Of a DNA stretch of 64,000 nucleotides, positions 32,302-41,819 are shown piece after piece. The stretch is from Deferribacterales bacterium (lineage in GTDB: Bacteria > Chrysiogenota > Deferribacteres > Deferribacterales > Geovibrionaceae): the NCBI GenBank assembly GCA_050251875.1, contig JBFWMA010000001.1, positions 250,456-314,455 on the forward strand, given 5' to 3'. Numbering within the stretch: position 1 is the stretch's first letter; each line of letters opens with the position of its first letter. The notes beneath the pieces are model-generated. The model saw only the letters and a list, made by a program, of their open reading frames with translations. It searched no databases and was not told the origin of the DNA. Position numbers and translations under genes: made by a program.

Positions 32302-32337
32302 AAAAAAAAGACCCGCCTGTTTAGGGTCAGGCGGGTC
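32302..32337 (-). terminator. terminator-like hairpin between phoX and the di-haem gene
   Basis: 10-bp stem GACCCGCCTG/CAGGCGGGTC followed by T8 on the minus strand. Confidence 0.75.
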
Positions 32338-32352
32338 AGATGGTTTGTTAAA

Positions 32353-34278
32353 TTATTTTACAGGTATGCCTGTAAAGTAGCCTACATGGCCTTCCATATC
32401 TTCTCTGGATGCTTTTTTCAGCAGACCGCTGTTAACTTTTTCGTTTTTAGCGTTAACATAGGCATCCTCGAAGGGGTGCTGTGTGTTCATGAACACATAG
32501 AGCATGCCGTCCTTCACTATAGATGAGAACATACCTGTCACCTCACCGCCTGTGGGTACGGTGGCTATTCTGGTGAGATCTTTGGTGTTGGTGTCGTAAG
32601 CCCATACCATGTTGTTGAAGTGATATTTTGTATCCTCGCCCACTATGAGCAGGTTAAGTCCGGGGAAATATTTCAGGTTGTCGGGGTTGGATATCCTTTC
32701 CGGGTCGCAGTAGTTCATGTCGGCGCCGGGTTCGCCCTCATTCAGTTTTTTACCTGTAAAGATGGCTTCCATACGGGTTCCGGCATAGGCTGTGTTGTTT
32801 GCTCCGTCCGCTTTACCCAGAGACATTTCATAGACGCCGCCGCATTTGTTCTTTTTCAGAGCGATCATGTTCACCGGATCTTTTGACTTGTCCTCCATGG
32901 AGGCGTCGATGGAAGACATGGCTATATAGACTGTGTTTTTGTCTGAGTTGTAAGCCATTCCCTCTTCCTTGCGGAACTCTGTTGTGCCGCCCATGACAGC
33001 GCCGTATTTGCGTGATTCGAGGAAAGCCGCTGCCATCAGCATTTCTTCTTTGCTTTTGAAGACGGGTGAAATTGTTGTACCGTTTGAACCGTCACGGAGT
33101 CTGACGCACATGTCTTCAGCGTCTCCCGCTTTGATATATGAAAAGCCTTTGTCTGTGGGGCAGGTTTTGGGATCTGCCATATCGAACATGTCAGACAGCA
33201 TGGGCTTTCTTTTGATGATGGAGTACAGTTCTGAGTTTGTGGCGTGTCCCAGTCTGATCCAGCTCAGGTCAGCCGCTCCGCCGTCGCCGCCTTTTGTCTG
33301 GTTCCATTTGGCTATATAGAGTGTTCCGGCGCTGAAGTCTTTCTCATTGTCCAGAACTGTCATATACAGACCGGTATAAGAGCCGTCATCAGTGGTGAAG
33401 ACTGTCTTGTTATCAGGCATGACCAGAGCCATCTCCGGAGTATGTTTTCCTGTGATGTATATTTTTGTGCCGCCCACTACATAGGGTTTGCCGTTCTTAA
33501 CGTCTATTTCGGCGTTGTATCCGTAGTTATAGGGGGTGAAATCCGCTGTGTCGGACATGTAGTCTTCGCTGATGCCTTTCACCAGCTCGCACCACCATTT
33601 GTTGTCCGCTTTCTGATCGAAAGCCGGAGCTGTGTATTCGCCTGTCAGTCTGCCTGACGCGTCTCTGTCGCAGTAGGCGACGTGCTGAGACATATAGCCT
33701 TTGGTTGAAGGGTCGAACCATATGGCATCCAGATAGTAGTCCTCTTCAGAAGCCAGATGAGTGTCCCAGGGTGTTTTTGATCCAGCACAGTTGATGAAAG
33801 TTCCGCCGACTTTAGAAAAATCAACAGGGACAAATTTTTTCGCTGTGAATTTGCCGCCTTTCTCTTCCAGTTCTGCCATGTAGAGAGCGCCGGGAGATTC
33901 TTCGAAATGGGTCATGATGTAATATTTGCCGTCACGGACAAAGATGGTGTTGGTGTCGGGCTGTGTGCTGACACGTTTTGACCCGTCCTTCATTGTTATG
34001 GGCTGTCCGTTCTGGTTGATTAATGTGCCTACAACGGTGTTTCCGTCTGAGTCATTTGTGCGGTAGATGGTGTTGTAGTCGATATTTATTCTTTTTGTTT
34101 TGCCGTTTTCGAAGACGAGGCTGGCGCCTTTTGTCACTCTGACAGATGTTTTTTCTGCGTCTGTCACGGCAAGCGGCAGTGAGTCGAATCTGACTCCTGA
34201 TACTTTCATGTCATTGTCGCAGGCGGTGAGCGTCAGCATGGACAGCGCCGCTGCGGCTGTTATCAGAATCTTTTTCAT
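32353..34278 (-). CDS. phoX: PhoX-family alkaline phosphatase (DUF839), lipoprotein
   Basis: NCAGSKTPWDTHLASEE, KEEG, NPDNL, VGED, GGEVTG, NTQHP; lipobox LTAC. Confidence 0.85.
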   Translation of the reverse strand: MKKILITAAAALSMLTLTACDNDMKVSGVRFDSLPLAVTDAEKTSVRVTKGASLVFENGKTKRINIDYNTIYRTNDSDGNTVVGTLINQNGQPITMKDGSKRVSTQPDTNTIFVRDGKYYIMTHFEESPGALYMAELEEKGGKFTAKKFVPVDFSKVGGTFINCAGSKTPWDTHLASEEDYYLDAIWFDPSTKGYMSQHVAYCDRDASGRLTGEYTAPAFDQKADNKWWCELVKGISEDYMSDTADFTPYNYGYNAEIDVKNGKPYVVGGTKIYITGKHTPEMALVMPDNKTVFTTDDGSYTGLYMTVLDNEKDFSAGTLYIAKWNQTKGGDGGAADLSWIRLGHATNSELYSIIKRKPMLSDMFDMADPKTCPTDKGFSYIKAGDAEDMCVRLRDGSNGTTISPVFKSKEEMLMAAAFLESRKYGAVMGGTTEFRKEEGMAYNSDKNTVYIAMSSIDASMEDKSKDPVNMIALKKNKCGGVYEMSLGKADGANNTAYAGTRMEAIFTGKKLNEGEPGADMNYCDPERISNPDNLKYFPGLNLLIVGEDTKYHFNNMVWAYDTNTKDLTRIATVPTGGEVTGMFSSIVKDGMLYVFMNTQHPFEDAYVNAKNEKVNSGLLKKASREDMEGHVGYFTGIPVK

Positions 34279-34324
34279 GAATATCCTCCGGAGAATAATG
34301 GTCTAGCCATTAAACAGCGCTCAG

Positions 34325-34362
34325 GTTATGTTTTTGTTAAGAAATTGCTATGAATAATTAAG
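34325..34362 (-). promoter_or_regulatory. phased direct repeats upstream of phoX (candidate Pho box array)
   Basis: Minus strand CTTAAT, CATAGC, CTTAAC, CATAAC at 10/11/11-bp spacing. Confidence 0.45.
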
Positions 34363-34470
34363 ATTACTATTTCGTTTTTTTTATGTTTTGCTTCAATGCT
34401 TTTTTGTTTTCTATGGACGCTACGTTTGATATGTATTAAAATATGTAATGCAGACATATCGGAGGCTTAT

Positions 34471-34905
34471 ATGAAGCTTTTAGCGGGTATTTTTATTATA
34501 CTTATGATTACACTCCCGTCTTTTGCCGATGAGACGGTGGGAAATATTAAAAAAATGAGCGGAAGTGTTACTGTTCTGAGAGGAGAGAAGACCATCTCTG
34601 CTGAGCCTGGAATTAAGCTGGTGCAGGGAGATATAGTTCGAACTGCTCAGGACTCGTCCGCCGGGATTATATTTAAAGACAGCACCATCTTCTCTCTGGG
34701 CGCGGATAGCGAGATAATAATAAATCAATACACTTTCAGCCCGAAAGATGAAAAATACGCTTTCAGTATGCACATGAAGAAGGGTACCGCAGTGTATGAG
34801 TCCGGCAGAATGGGCAAGCTGGCTCCGGAAGCGGTTAAGATACACACTCCCAAGGCAACCATCGGAGTACGGGGAACCAAGTTCCTCGTTGAGGTGGAGG
34901 AGTGA
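34471..34905 (+). CDS. exported FecR-domain protein
   Basis: Signal peptide, GDIVRT..DSSAGIIFKD, TPKATIGVRGTKF; GGAGG RBS. Confidence 0.88.
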   Translation: MKLLAGIFIILMITLPSFADETVGNIKKMSGSVTVLRGEKTISAEPGIKLVQGDIVRTAQDSSAGIIFKDSTIFSLGADSEIIINQYTFSPKDEKYAFSMHMKKGTAVYESGRMGKLAPEAVKIHTPKATIGVRGTKFLVEVEE

Positions 34906-35497
34906 TGAGAATATTTTTTCTGCTGATATCGGTATCTGTTCTCATTCTGGCGGGATGCGCGAAGACCACAGTGGTTCTGCTGCCTGACAGCGCCGGAAAA
35001 GTGGGGCAGGTGGATGTGACCACTGACGCCGGAACACAGACTCTGGATCAGGAGAATGAGTATACCAGCGTGTCCTCTTCGGGATCGAAGCCGGCTGAGC
35101 CTAAGAGCATGGCTCAGGCAGAGATAGACGATGTTTTTAAAACGCTATGGAGATACTGCCGGAGAAACCTGTGAGCTTTCTCCTGTATTTTAAATTCGAC
35201 TCTGATGATCTGACGGATGATTCAAAAAAACTGATACCGGAGGTGATATCCTCCATCAGAAAACGTGAGCCCAGCGAGGTCAGCGTTATCGGACATACCG
35301 ACACAATGGGATCAGATGACTACAATGTGAAGCTGTCTCTCAGCAGAGCCGAAGGAGTCAGAAAGCTCCTCTGCTCATATGGTATTAATATATCCAAGAT
35401 GGAAGTGAGCTCTCACGGAGAGCACGATCCTATAATTAAGACACCCGACAACGTTTCCGAACCGAGGAACAGAAGGGTGGAGGTTATGGTCAGATAA
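34905..35497 (+). pseudogene. OmpA-family lipoprotein split by a one-base frameshift at 35139-35142
   Basis: 5' ORF has the lipobox LAGC; 3' ORF has the OmpA-C motifs GHTD...NVKLSLSRA...NRRVE. One extra A in the A4 run gives a continuous 197-aa ORF (...DVFKNAMEILPEKP...). Confidence 0.8.
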
Positions 35498-35500
35498 TCA

Positions 35501-37495
35501 TTGGAAACAAAAATCTCAGGATGGTTAAGAAAAACCTATTCCGATGACATAGTGAGGAGAAAGATACTTTTCTATACGGGTATTCTCCTTACCTTTGCCG
35601 TTTTGGCATTTTCTGTATGCGGCAAAGAATTCATGACAAAGATCGACTACAAAATATATGATATTATGACGAATCTGGTGCCGGACAAGGCTCCTTCGGA
35701 TCTGGTATATATCGTGGATATCGATGACGCCAGTCTCCAGGAGGTCGGGCAGTGGCCCTGGCCCAGATACAAAATGGCTCAGATGCTTCAGCACATAGCC
35801 CGGGACGGGGCGGCCTCAGTAGGCATCGATTCTGTTTTTGCCGAAGAGGACAGGACTTCCCTTAAAAATATCAAAAAAACATTTTTAGATGATTTCGGAA
35901 TAGATATCGAATTACCCGCCTCTGTCAGAGGACTGACTGACAATGACGGATACATGGCATATGTTTTGTCTCAGGGTCCGTTCGTTCTTTCTAATTTTTT
36001 TACATTCGAGGACAACGTTTATTCTGATCAGTCCTGCACGTTCAATCCCGTGAAGATATACGGCATGACCGGCGCTGAAGACTTTTATGAGGCGAAGGGA
36101 ATCCTCTGCAACATTCCACAGTTCAGCGGGGCGGTGGCTTCCGCCGGATTTATAAACGCTCTGCCGGACAAAGACGGCATCATGAGACGCCTGCCTCTGC
36201 TGATCAGCTATAAATACGCAGTGTATCCAAATCTGTCGCTGATGTCATATATGAAAGCCTCCGGAGAAACCGACATAGAAGTGGAGAACTCTTTCAGCGG
36301 TATAGATATTCTGGTTCACCAAAAAAAAGTTCCGCTGAACAGGGACGGCACGGTGCTCCTTAATTTCAATAACGATAAGAAAAGATACAGGTATTTTTCA
36401 GCGTCCGATGTTCTCTTCGAAAGGGTGAAAAAAGATACGTTCAGGGGCAAAATAGTTCTGGTGGGCTCTTCCGCCGCCGGAATGAACGACCTGCACAGCA
36501 CATCCACACAGGCTTACTGTCCGGGAGTGGAGGTTCACGCCACCTTTGTGGACAACCTGATAAACGGAACATTCTTCCGAGTGCCTTCATGGTCAGGCTT
36601 TATAGGTTTCTTATCCATGATGGGGTGGGGATTCATCATCTCATTTTTCTCCGGCAAACTCCGCTCGGTTATGCTCCTTATGATACTTCCGGCGGTTCTG
36701 GCTGTTATAGTTGGTTTTTCATATGTTCTGCTGAGATTCACGAATATATATATCTCTCCCGCCGGAACGATTATGACCATCTCCGTGACATGGCTGATAC
36801 TGACCTCTCTGAACTACTACATAGAGGAACGCAGGGTGCTGATACGCACCAGGATGCTGTCGGAGACACAGGGAGCCACCATACGAAGCATGGCGAGCGT
36901 GGCGGAGACCAGAGACCCGGAAACCGGCGGGCATATCTTTCGTACACAGCACTATGTAAGGGCGCTGGCTGAGCATTTGGCTTCTAAAGGACTGTTCAAA
37001 AACGAGCTGACGAAAGAGAAGATAGAGCTGATCTATATGTCCACACCGCTTCATGACGTGGGCAAGGTGGGGATACCTGACGAGATACTGCTGAAACCGG
37101 GCAAGCTGACAGATGAAGAATTTACGATAATGAAGACACACGCCGCTCTGGGAGCGGAGATAATCAAAAGAGCGGAGTTCGGCATGTCAGAGAGCAACTT
37201 TCTGAGATACGCCGGCAGTATTGCTCTGTCGCACCATGAGAAATGGGACGGCACGGGATATCCTAACAGTCTGAAAGAGGATGAGATACCTCTCTGCGGC
37301 CGGCTGATGGCTGTGGCTGATGTTTATGACGCTCTGATATCCAGACGCCACTACAAAGACCCCATGCCACACGAACAGGCCGCCTCAATCATTATGATGG
37401 GCAGAGGCACTCACTTCGACCCGCAGATAGTGGACGCTTTTTTTGAGATAGAAGAGAAGATAATAAGTATCGCTACCAGATATAAGGACGACTAA
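35501..37495 (+). CDS. CHASE2 sensor + HD-GYP c-di-GMP phosphodiesterase
   Basis: VDIDD..GQWPWPR, DKDGIMRR, PGVEVHA; three TMs; RDPETGGH, HDVGKVGIPD, HHEKWDGTGYP. Confidence 0.92.
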   Translation: METKISGWLRKTYSDDIVRRKILFYTGILLTFAVLAFSVCGKEFMTKIDYKIYDIMTNLVPDKAPSDLVYIVDIDDASLQEVGQWPWPRYKMAQMLQHIARDGAASVGIDSVFAEEDRTSLKNIKKTFLDDFGIDIELPASVRGLTDNDGYMAYVLSQGPFVLSNFFTFEDNVYSDQSCTFNPVKIYGMTGAEDFYEAKGILCNIPQFSGAVASAGFINALPDKDGIMRRLPLLISYKYAVYPNLSLMSYMKASGETDIEVENSFSGIDILVHQKKVPLNRDGTVLLNFNNDKKRYRYFSASDVLFERVKKDTFRGKIVLVGSSAAGMNDLHSTSTQAYCPGVEVHATFVDNLINGTFFRVPSWSGFIGFLSMMGWGFIISFFSGKLRSVMLLMILPAVLAVIVGFSYVLLRFTNIYISPAGTIMTISVTWLILTSLNYYIEERRVLIRTRMLSETQGATIRSMASVAETRDPETGGHIFRTQHYVRALAEHLASKGLFKNELTKEKIELIYMSTPLHDVGKVGIPDEILLKPGKLTDEEFTIMKTHAALGAEIIKRAEFGMSESNFLRYAGSIALSHHEKWDGTGYPNSLKEDEIPLCGRLMAVADVYDALISRRHYKDPMPHEQAASIIMMGRGTHFDPQIVDAFFEIEEKIISIATRYKDD

Positions 37496-39300
37496 AGACG
37501 GATTCTGGTCACAACTCCGTGCAGTTTATCCGCCGGCAGTTTGTAGAACTGAACGAATGACGGAGTCACTTTTCTGATGAGAGAATAGAACTTCCACACG
37601 GGATTATTGGTCATCAGGTCTTCCACGCCGTAGAATATCACGTTTTCCTGTATGTCCGCTGTGGACAGTATCTTTTCTATGTCCGGAGAATCCATGTATC
37701 CCATCTTGATATCGAACGATCTCAATCCTTCCGCCAGATCATCACGGAAAGACCAGGAAACGCCGTAAGGCTCGTCTGTGATGGTTATGGAAATGAGGAT
37801 GTTCTCCTCATAGATGATATTGTTTATGAACATCGTTTTCGCTATATATGGCGGGATGGCGTTGATGTCTCTGATAAAATACAGACCGGTACCGTTGATT
37901 TTGGAAGATCCGGCGAATTTTTTGTTGTAGTCTATCAGAAAGCTGTCCAGCGCCAGAGGTTTAAGCGATCTGTAGAGTTTTCTGCCTCCTCTGGTATAGA
38001 CCAGTATCACCACAAAAGGGAACATGGCTATAACCAGAGACCAGTAGCCTCCGTGGGGTATCTTAAGCATGTTGGATGACAGGAACAGTATATCTATCAG
38101 TGTGATGCCCACAGAAACGGCTGCCTTTACATAGCTCTTTCTGATGAAGAAGATGAACGACATCATTAACCCGGTGATGGTCATGGAACCTGTCACCGCC
38201 AGCCCGTATGCCGCCGCCATATGCTCTGAGTTTTTGAAAGTGACCATAGCCAGAAGCACGAATATCAGCAGAAACCAGTTTACTGTCTGGATATATATCT
38301 GGGAGCGTATCTCTTTTGATGTATAGTCCACCTTCAGCATGGGCAGCAGTCTGGTGGTGATAGCCTGATAAATGACTGAGAACATGCCGCTTATCATCGC
38401 CTGAGAGGCTATGATGGTGGCGAGCACGCTGAGTATCAGAAACGGTATATAAAGAAAGCTGACCTGCGAATAAACCATCTCGAACAGGATGTTTTCGCTG
38501 GAAGTATTGTTCATCAGAAAAGCGCCCTGTCCCATATAGCTGAAGAGCAGAACGAAAAAGACCACAGACCATGCTCGTGTGATGGGAGCTCTGCCGAAAT
38601 GTCCCATATCGGCGTACAGAGCCTCGCCCCCCGTGGCGCAGAGTATGACCTCTGACAGCACGAAGAACCCCACGACACCGTGTGTCATGACGAATTTCAC
38701 AGCGTAATACGGATTGACCGCCTTTAGCACGGAAGGATGCTGGAATATGCCGGCAGCGCCGGTGAGAAGCAGAGCGGCGAACCAGATAACCATGACAGGA
38801 CCGAAGAGTCCAGCTACTCTCTCTGTGCCTCTGCTCTGGAGAGAGAAGAGGACTACGGCTATTAGCGCGGCTATCAGTATGAGATATCCCTGAGAAAAGT
38901 GGGCAAATGAAGGGATCAGCCTGATACCTTCCACGGCACTCAGTATACTGATGGCGGGGGTGATGACCCCGTCGCCCACCAGAAGAGAAACGCCGATGAA
39001 TGTAAGCAGGGTGAAGAAAGCCACCTTTCTTCCTGATTTCAGTATTGGGTTCAGGATTTCCATCAGGACGATGGTTCCGCCCTCGCCCCGTCTGCTCAGG
39101 CTCATGCCCAGCCATGCGTATTCCACTGTAACGAGTAAAGTCATGGTCCAGAAGATGAGCGAAAGAACGCCCATGATGTTGACCTCTGTGGGATCCAGTA
39201 TCAGAAAGATTACAGTGAGAGTATATATCGGGCTGGTTCCGATGTCGCCGAAAACGAGACCGAGAGATTTTATGACTTTTCCGAAGTCATCTCTGCTCAT
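37492..39300 (-). CDS. kup: KUP/HAK/KT potassium transporter
   Basis: GLVFGDIGTSPIY, GEGG, GDGVITPAISILSAVEG, TGGEALYADMGHFG, AYGLAV. Confidence 0.96.
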   Translation of the reverse strand: MSRDDFGKVIKSLGLVFGDIGTSPIYTLTVIFLILDPTEVNIMGVLSLIFWTMTLLVTVEYAWLGMSLSRRGEGGTIVLMEILNPILKSGRKVAFFTLLTFIGVSLLVGDGVITPAISILSAVEGIRLIPSFAHFSQGYLILIAALIAVVLFSLQSRGTERVAGLFGPVMVIWFAALLLTGAAGIFQHPSVLKAVNPYYAVKFVMTHGVVGFFVLSEVILCATGGEALYADMGHFGRAPITRAWSVVFFVLLFSYMGQGAFLMNNTSSENILFEMVYSQVSFLYIPFLILSVLATIIASQAMISGMFSVIYQAITTRLLPMLKVDYTSKEIRSQIYIQTVNWFLLIFVLLAMVTFKNSEHMAAAYGLAVTGSMTITGLMMSFIFFIRKSYVKAAVSVGITLIDILFLSSNMLKIPHGGYWSLVIAMFPFVVILVYTRGGRKLYRSLKPLALDSFLIDYNKKFAGSSKINGTGLYFIRDINAIPPYIAKTMFINNIIYEENILISITITDEPYGVSWSFRDDLAEGLRSFDIKMGYMDSPDIEKILSTADIQENVIFYGVEDLMTNNPVWKFYSLIRKVTPSFVQFYKLPADKLHGVVTRIRL

Positions 39301-39369
39301 CGGATCCTTGATGTGGTGAATGAAATATGTAACGTCATTACCGTATTTTAGTCTTCAGCGTATAAGATG

Positions 39370-41139
39370 TCAATTTTTAAGTTTCAGCGGGAAGGTGATG
39401 GTATATTTTGTTCCGCTGTTGACGCTGAGCTGAAGGCTTCCGTACAGCTGTTCTGTCAGACTGCTTATCAGCATCATGCCCAGCGAGTCCCGGGTCTGTT
39501 TTTTGTTCTGATCTATGCCTGTGCCGTTGTCGGCTATGGTGAGGACCGCCTGATCGCCGTTCTGTTTCAGGCGGACGGTGATTCTCGGCTGATCAATATC
39601 TCTGAAAGCGTGTTTGATGCTGTTGGTGACTATTTCGTTTATCAGTATCCCGCATGTCACTATCAGATTGTTGTCGATAGCTATGTCGTCAATATCCGTG
39701 ATGAACTCTATGGGGACGCAGTCTGCGGAATAGGCTGTTCTGTAATAGGCTGTGAGCTCGTTGAAGTACTGCTTCATGTTCACGGACGACACGTCGTTGG
39801 AGCGGTAAAGACACTCGTGTATCAGCGCCATGGACATAACACGGGACTGGGCATTTCTGAGAACGTCCTCCGGATCGGAGTGATCCTCGTTTACGGTATC
39901 AGCCTGAAGGGAGAGTATGCCGGACACTATCTGAAGGTTGTTTTTGACCCTGTGGTGCAGTTCGTTCAGAAGCATGCTCTTCTCTTTCAGAGCGTTTGTC
40001 AGGTCATTTTCACGCTTGAGTTTATCGCTGATGTCAAAGAAAGAGATCACGGCTCCTGTCAGGGTGCCTGCCTCCACAACGGGTGCTGCGAAAAGATGCC
40101 CGGAGAACTTCGAGCCGTCTTTGCGGGTGAATGTCTCCACCGAGTCACGGGTTGTTTTATCGGAGAGTGTCTGCATTATGACGCATTCATTCCCTTTCTG
40201 CGTTATATCGGGACATTCGCTGCTGTGCGTGAGTATACCGTGGTTCTGCCCGGTCAGCTCCTGTTCAGTGTATCCTGTGCTGGAGAGCAGGGCGTGGTTG
40301 ATGAAAGTTATCCTGCCTCCGGTATCCACTCCGAAGATGGCTTCGCCGGCTGATTCCAGAATAGATGTATTTCGGCTGTTCACCGCCAGTTTTTCTTTTT
40401 CCGTATTTTCGATGCGTGTCAGCATACGGGATATCCCTGTGTAGGCGATTCTGATCAGCAGTATCACCAGCACCCATAGAACAGAGTAGCCTGCGACGGC
40501 AGTCATCTGAACATTCCGCTCGCCGGAGATTATGTCGTCTATATCGGTGACAATGCTGATGCCGCCTCTGATATCGCCGGGTTTATATCCCTGTCTGGCA
40601 TGGCATTTCAGACACGACTGCTCTGTTATGAACGGAACCATATACCTGAAGAGGTTGCGTCCGTCGCTTCTGCTGAAGGAATAGACCTCTTTTTCTCCTT
40701 CCAATATTTTGTTAAGGGCGTTTATCTCCCAGTTTTCCGGAGCGTTGATGGGGTTCAGGAGCCTATTGCTGACCAGATGCGTCTGCACGATATTGGAGTC
40801 TTTAGAGAATTCGTATACCAGACGTGTCATGTAGGCGGGGTTGACCAGAGTAAATTTTCTGCCTTTAGAATCGGTGATGTCCCTGTCCGGAACATGGGAA
40901 AGATGCGGGTTCGGCGCTACCTTATCTGATGGCGTGTAGAAGCCTCCGAGATGGGATATCCATACCCGGTACATTCTGTCCTTTGCCAGAGCGATGCGAG
41001 ACTGGGCGAGCGCTGTTGTCTTTATATGGCGCTCCACAGTGTGAACTGTCCACCACAAAGAGACAAAGGCTATCAGTGTCCAGACCATGCTCATCGAAAG
41101 AAAATAAAACTTTATCAGTCGTCTATTATTAAAATACAT
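39370..41139 (-). CDS. sensor histidine kinase: periplasmic DUF3365-type c-haem domain, PAS, HisKA_2
   Basis: LVNPAYMTR...SCLKCH...GDIRGGIS; PAS; ELHHRVKNNLQ; NEIVTNSIKHAF; DNGTG. Confidence 0.9.
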   Translation of the reverse strand: MYFNNRRLIKFYFLSMSMVWTLIAFVSLWWTVHTVERHIKTTALAQSRIALAKDRMYRVWISHLGGFYTPSDKVAPNPHLSHVPDRDITDSKGRKFTLVNPAYMTRLVYEFSKDSNIVQTHLVSNRLLNPINAPENWEINALNKILEGEKEVYSFSRSDGRNLFRYMVPFITEQSCLKCHARQGYKPGDIRGGISIVTDIDDIISGERNVQMTAVAGYSVLWVLVILLIRIAYTGISRMLTRIENTEKEKLAVNSRNTSILESAGEAIFGVDTGGRITFINHALLSSTGYTEQELTGQNHGILTHSSECPDITQKGNECVIMQTLSDKTTRDSVETFTRKDGSKFSGHLFAAPVVEAGTLTGAVISFFDISDKLKRENDLTNALKEKSMLLNELHHRVKNNLQIVSGILSLQADTVNEDHSDPEDVLRNAQSRVMSMALIHECLYRSNDVSSVNMKQYFNELTAYYRTAYSADCVPIEFITDIDDIAIDNNLIVTCGILINEIVTNSIKHAFRDIDQPRITVRLKQNGDQAVLTIADNGTGIDQNKKQTRDSLGMMLISSLTEQLYGSLQLSVNSGTKYTITFPLKLKN

Positions 41140-41256
41140 GGCTACACATCCTGATATAATAATAACAGAACATGTGGCAAATCACCAAAAAAAAGTATTG
41201 AATTTTATTGTTATTTCTAAAATATGGTGCATAATAATTTCAAGAGGGCTTTTATT

Positions 41257-41607
41257 ATGGAACTGAAAGAAGCTATAGTGCTTTATGTTGAGGATGAGGC
41301 CATCACCCGCATGTACTTCTCCAGAATGCTTTCAAAGAGGGTGAAAGCTGTGCATCTGGCGATCGACGGCAGAGACGGGCTGGAAAAAGTGGCTGAAACT
41401 TCGCCCGACATCATCATAACAGATATCAACATGCCTGTAATGGACGGACGGGAGATGATCCATCACCTCCGCGTGAAAGGATGCGCCACCCCTGTTATCG
41501 CCATCACAGCATATGAATACACCAAAGACGATCTTCAGGTGAGCGATGTTATCAGAAAACCCGTTAACATCGACAGGCTCATCACCAGCATGAAGACACT
41601 GGTCTAG
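41257..41607 (+). CDS. single-domain response regulator
   Basis: VEDE, TDINMPVMDG, ITA, KP; divergent from the kinase gene. Confidence 0.92.
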   Translation: MELKEAIVLYVEDEAITRMYFSRMLSKRVKAVHLAIDGRDGLEKVAETSPDIIITDINMPVMDGREMIHHLRVKGCATPVIAITAYEYTKDDLQVSDVIRKPVNIDRLITSMKTLV

Positions 41608-41785
41608 TCTTCCCCTTCTAAACATTTATAGCGCAAAATCGGAAAGGATACGGAAGAAAGATATTCACTCCATATACATGCCTTTTGGAAGCATGCATCA
41701 GGCATCGGTCTAATACAGCAACGGTAATAAGTTTTTTCTGAAGATCACTCCGAATGGCAGTGTCGCCGGACATTTGCTTGCCAGT

Positions 41786-41818
41786 AAAAAAAAGCGGAGC
41801 CTGCGCTCCGCTTTTTTT
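41786..41818. terminator. bidirectional terminator
   Basis: A8-GCGGAGC CTGC GCTCCGC-T7. Confidence 0.85.
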
Positions 41819-41819
41819 G

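Noticed and set aside
38063..40353. Long alternative ORFs (350 aa at 38063-39115, 328 aa at 39367-40353)
   Set aside because: Shadow frames of kup and the histidine kinase with no recognisable motifs.
41618..41773. 51-codon minus-strand ORF between the response regulator and the mscS terminator
   Set aside because: No RBS, starts immediately after a terminator, no recognisable features.
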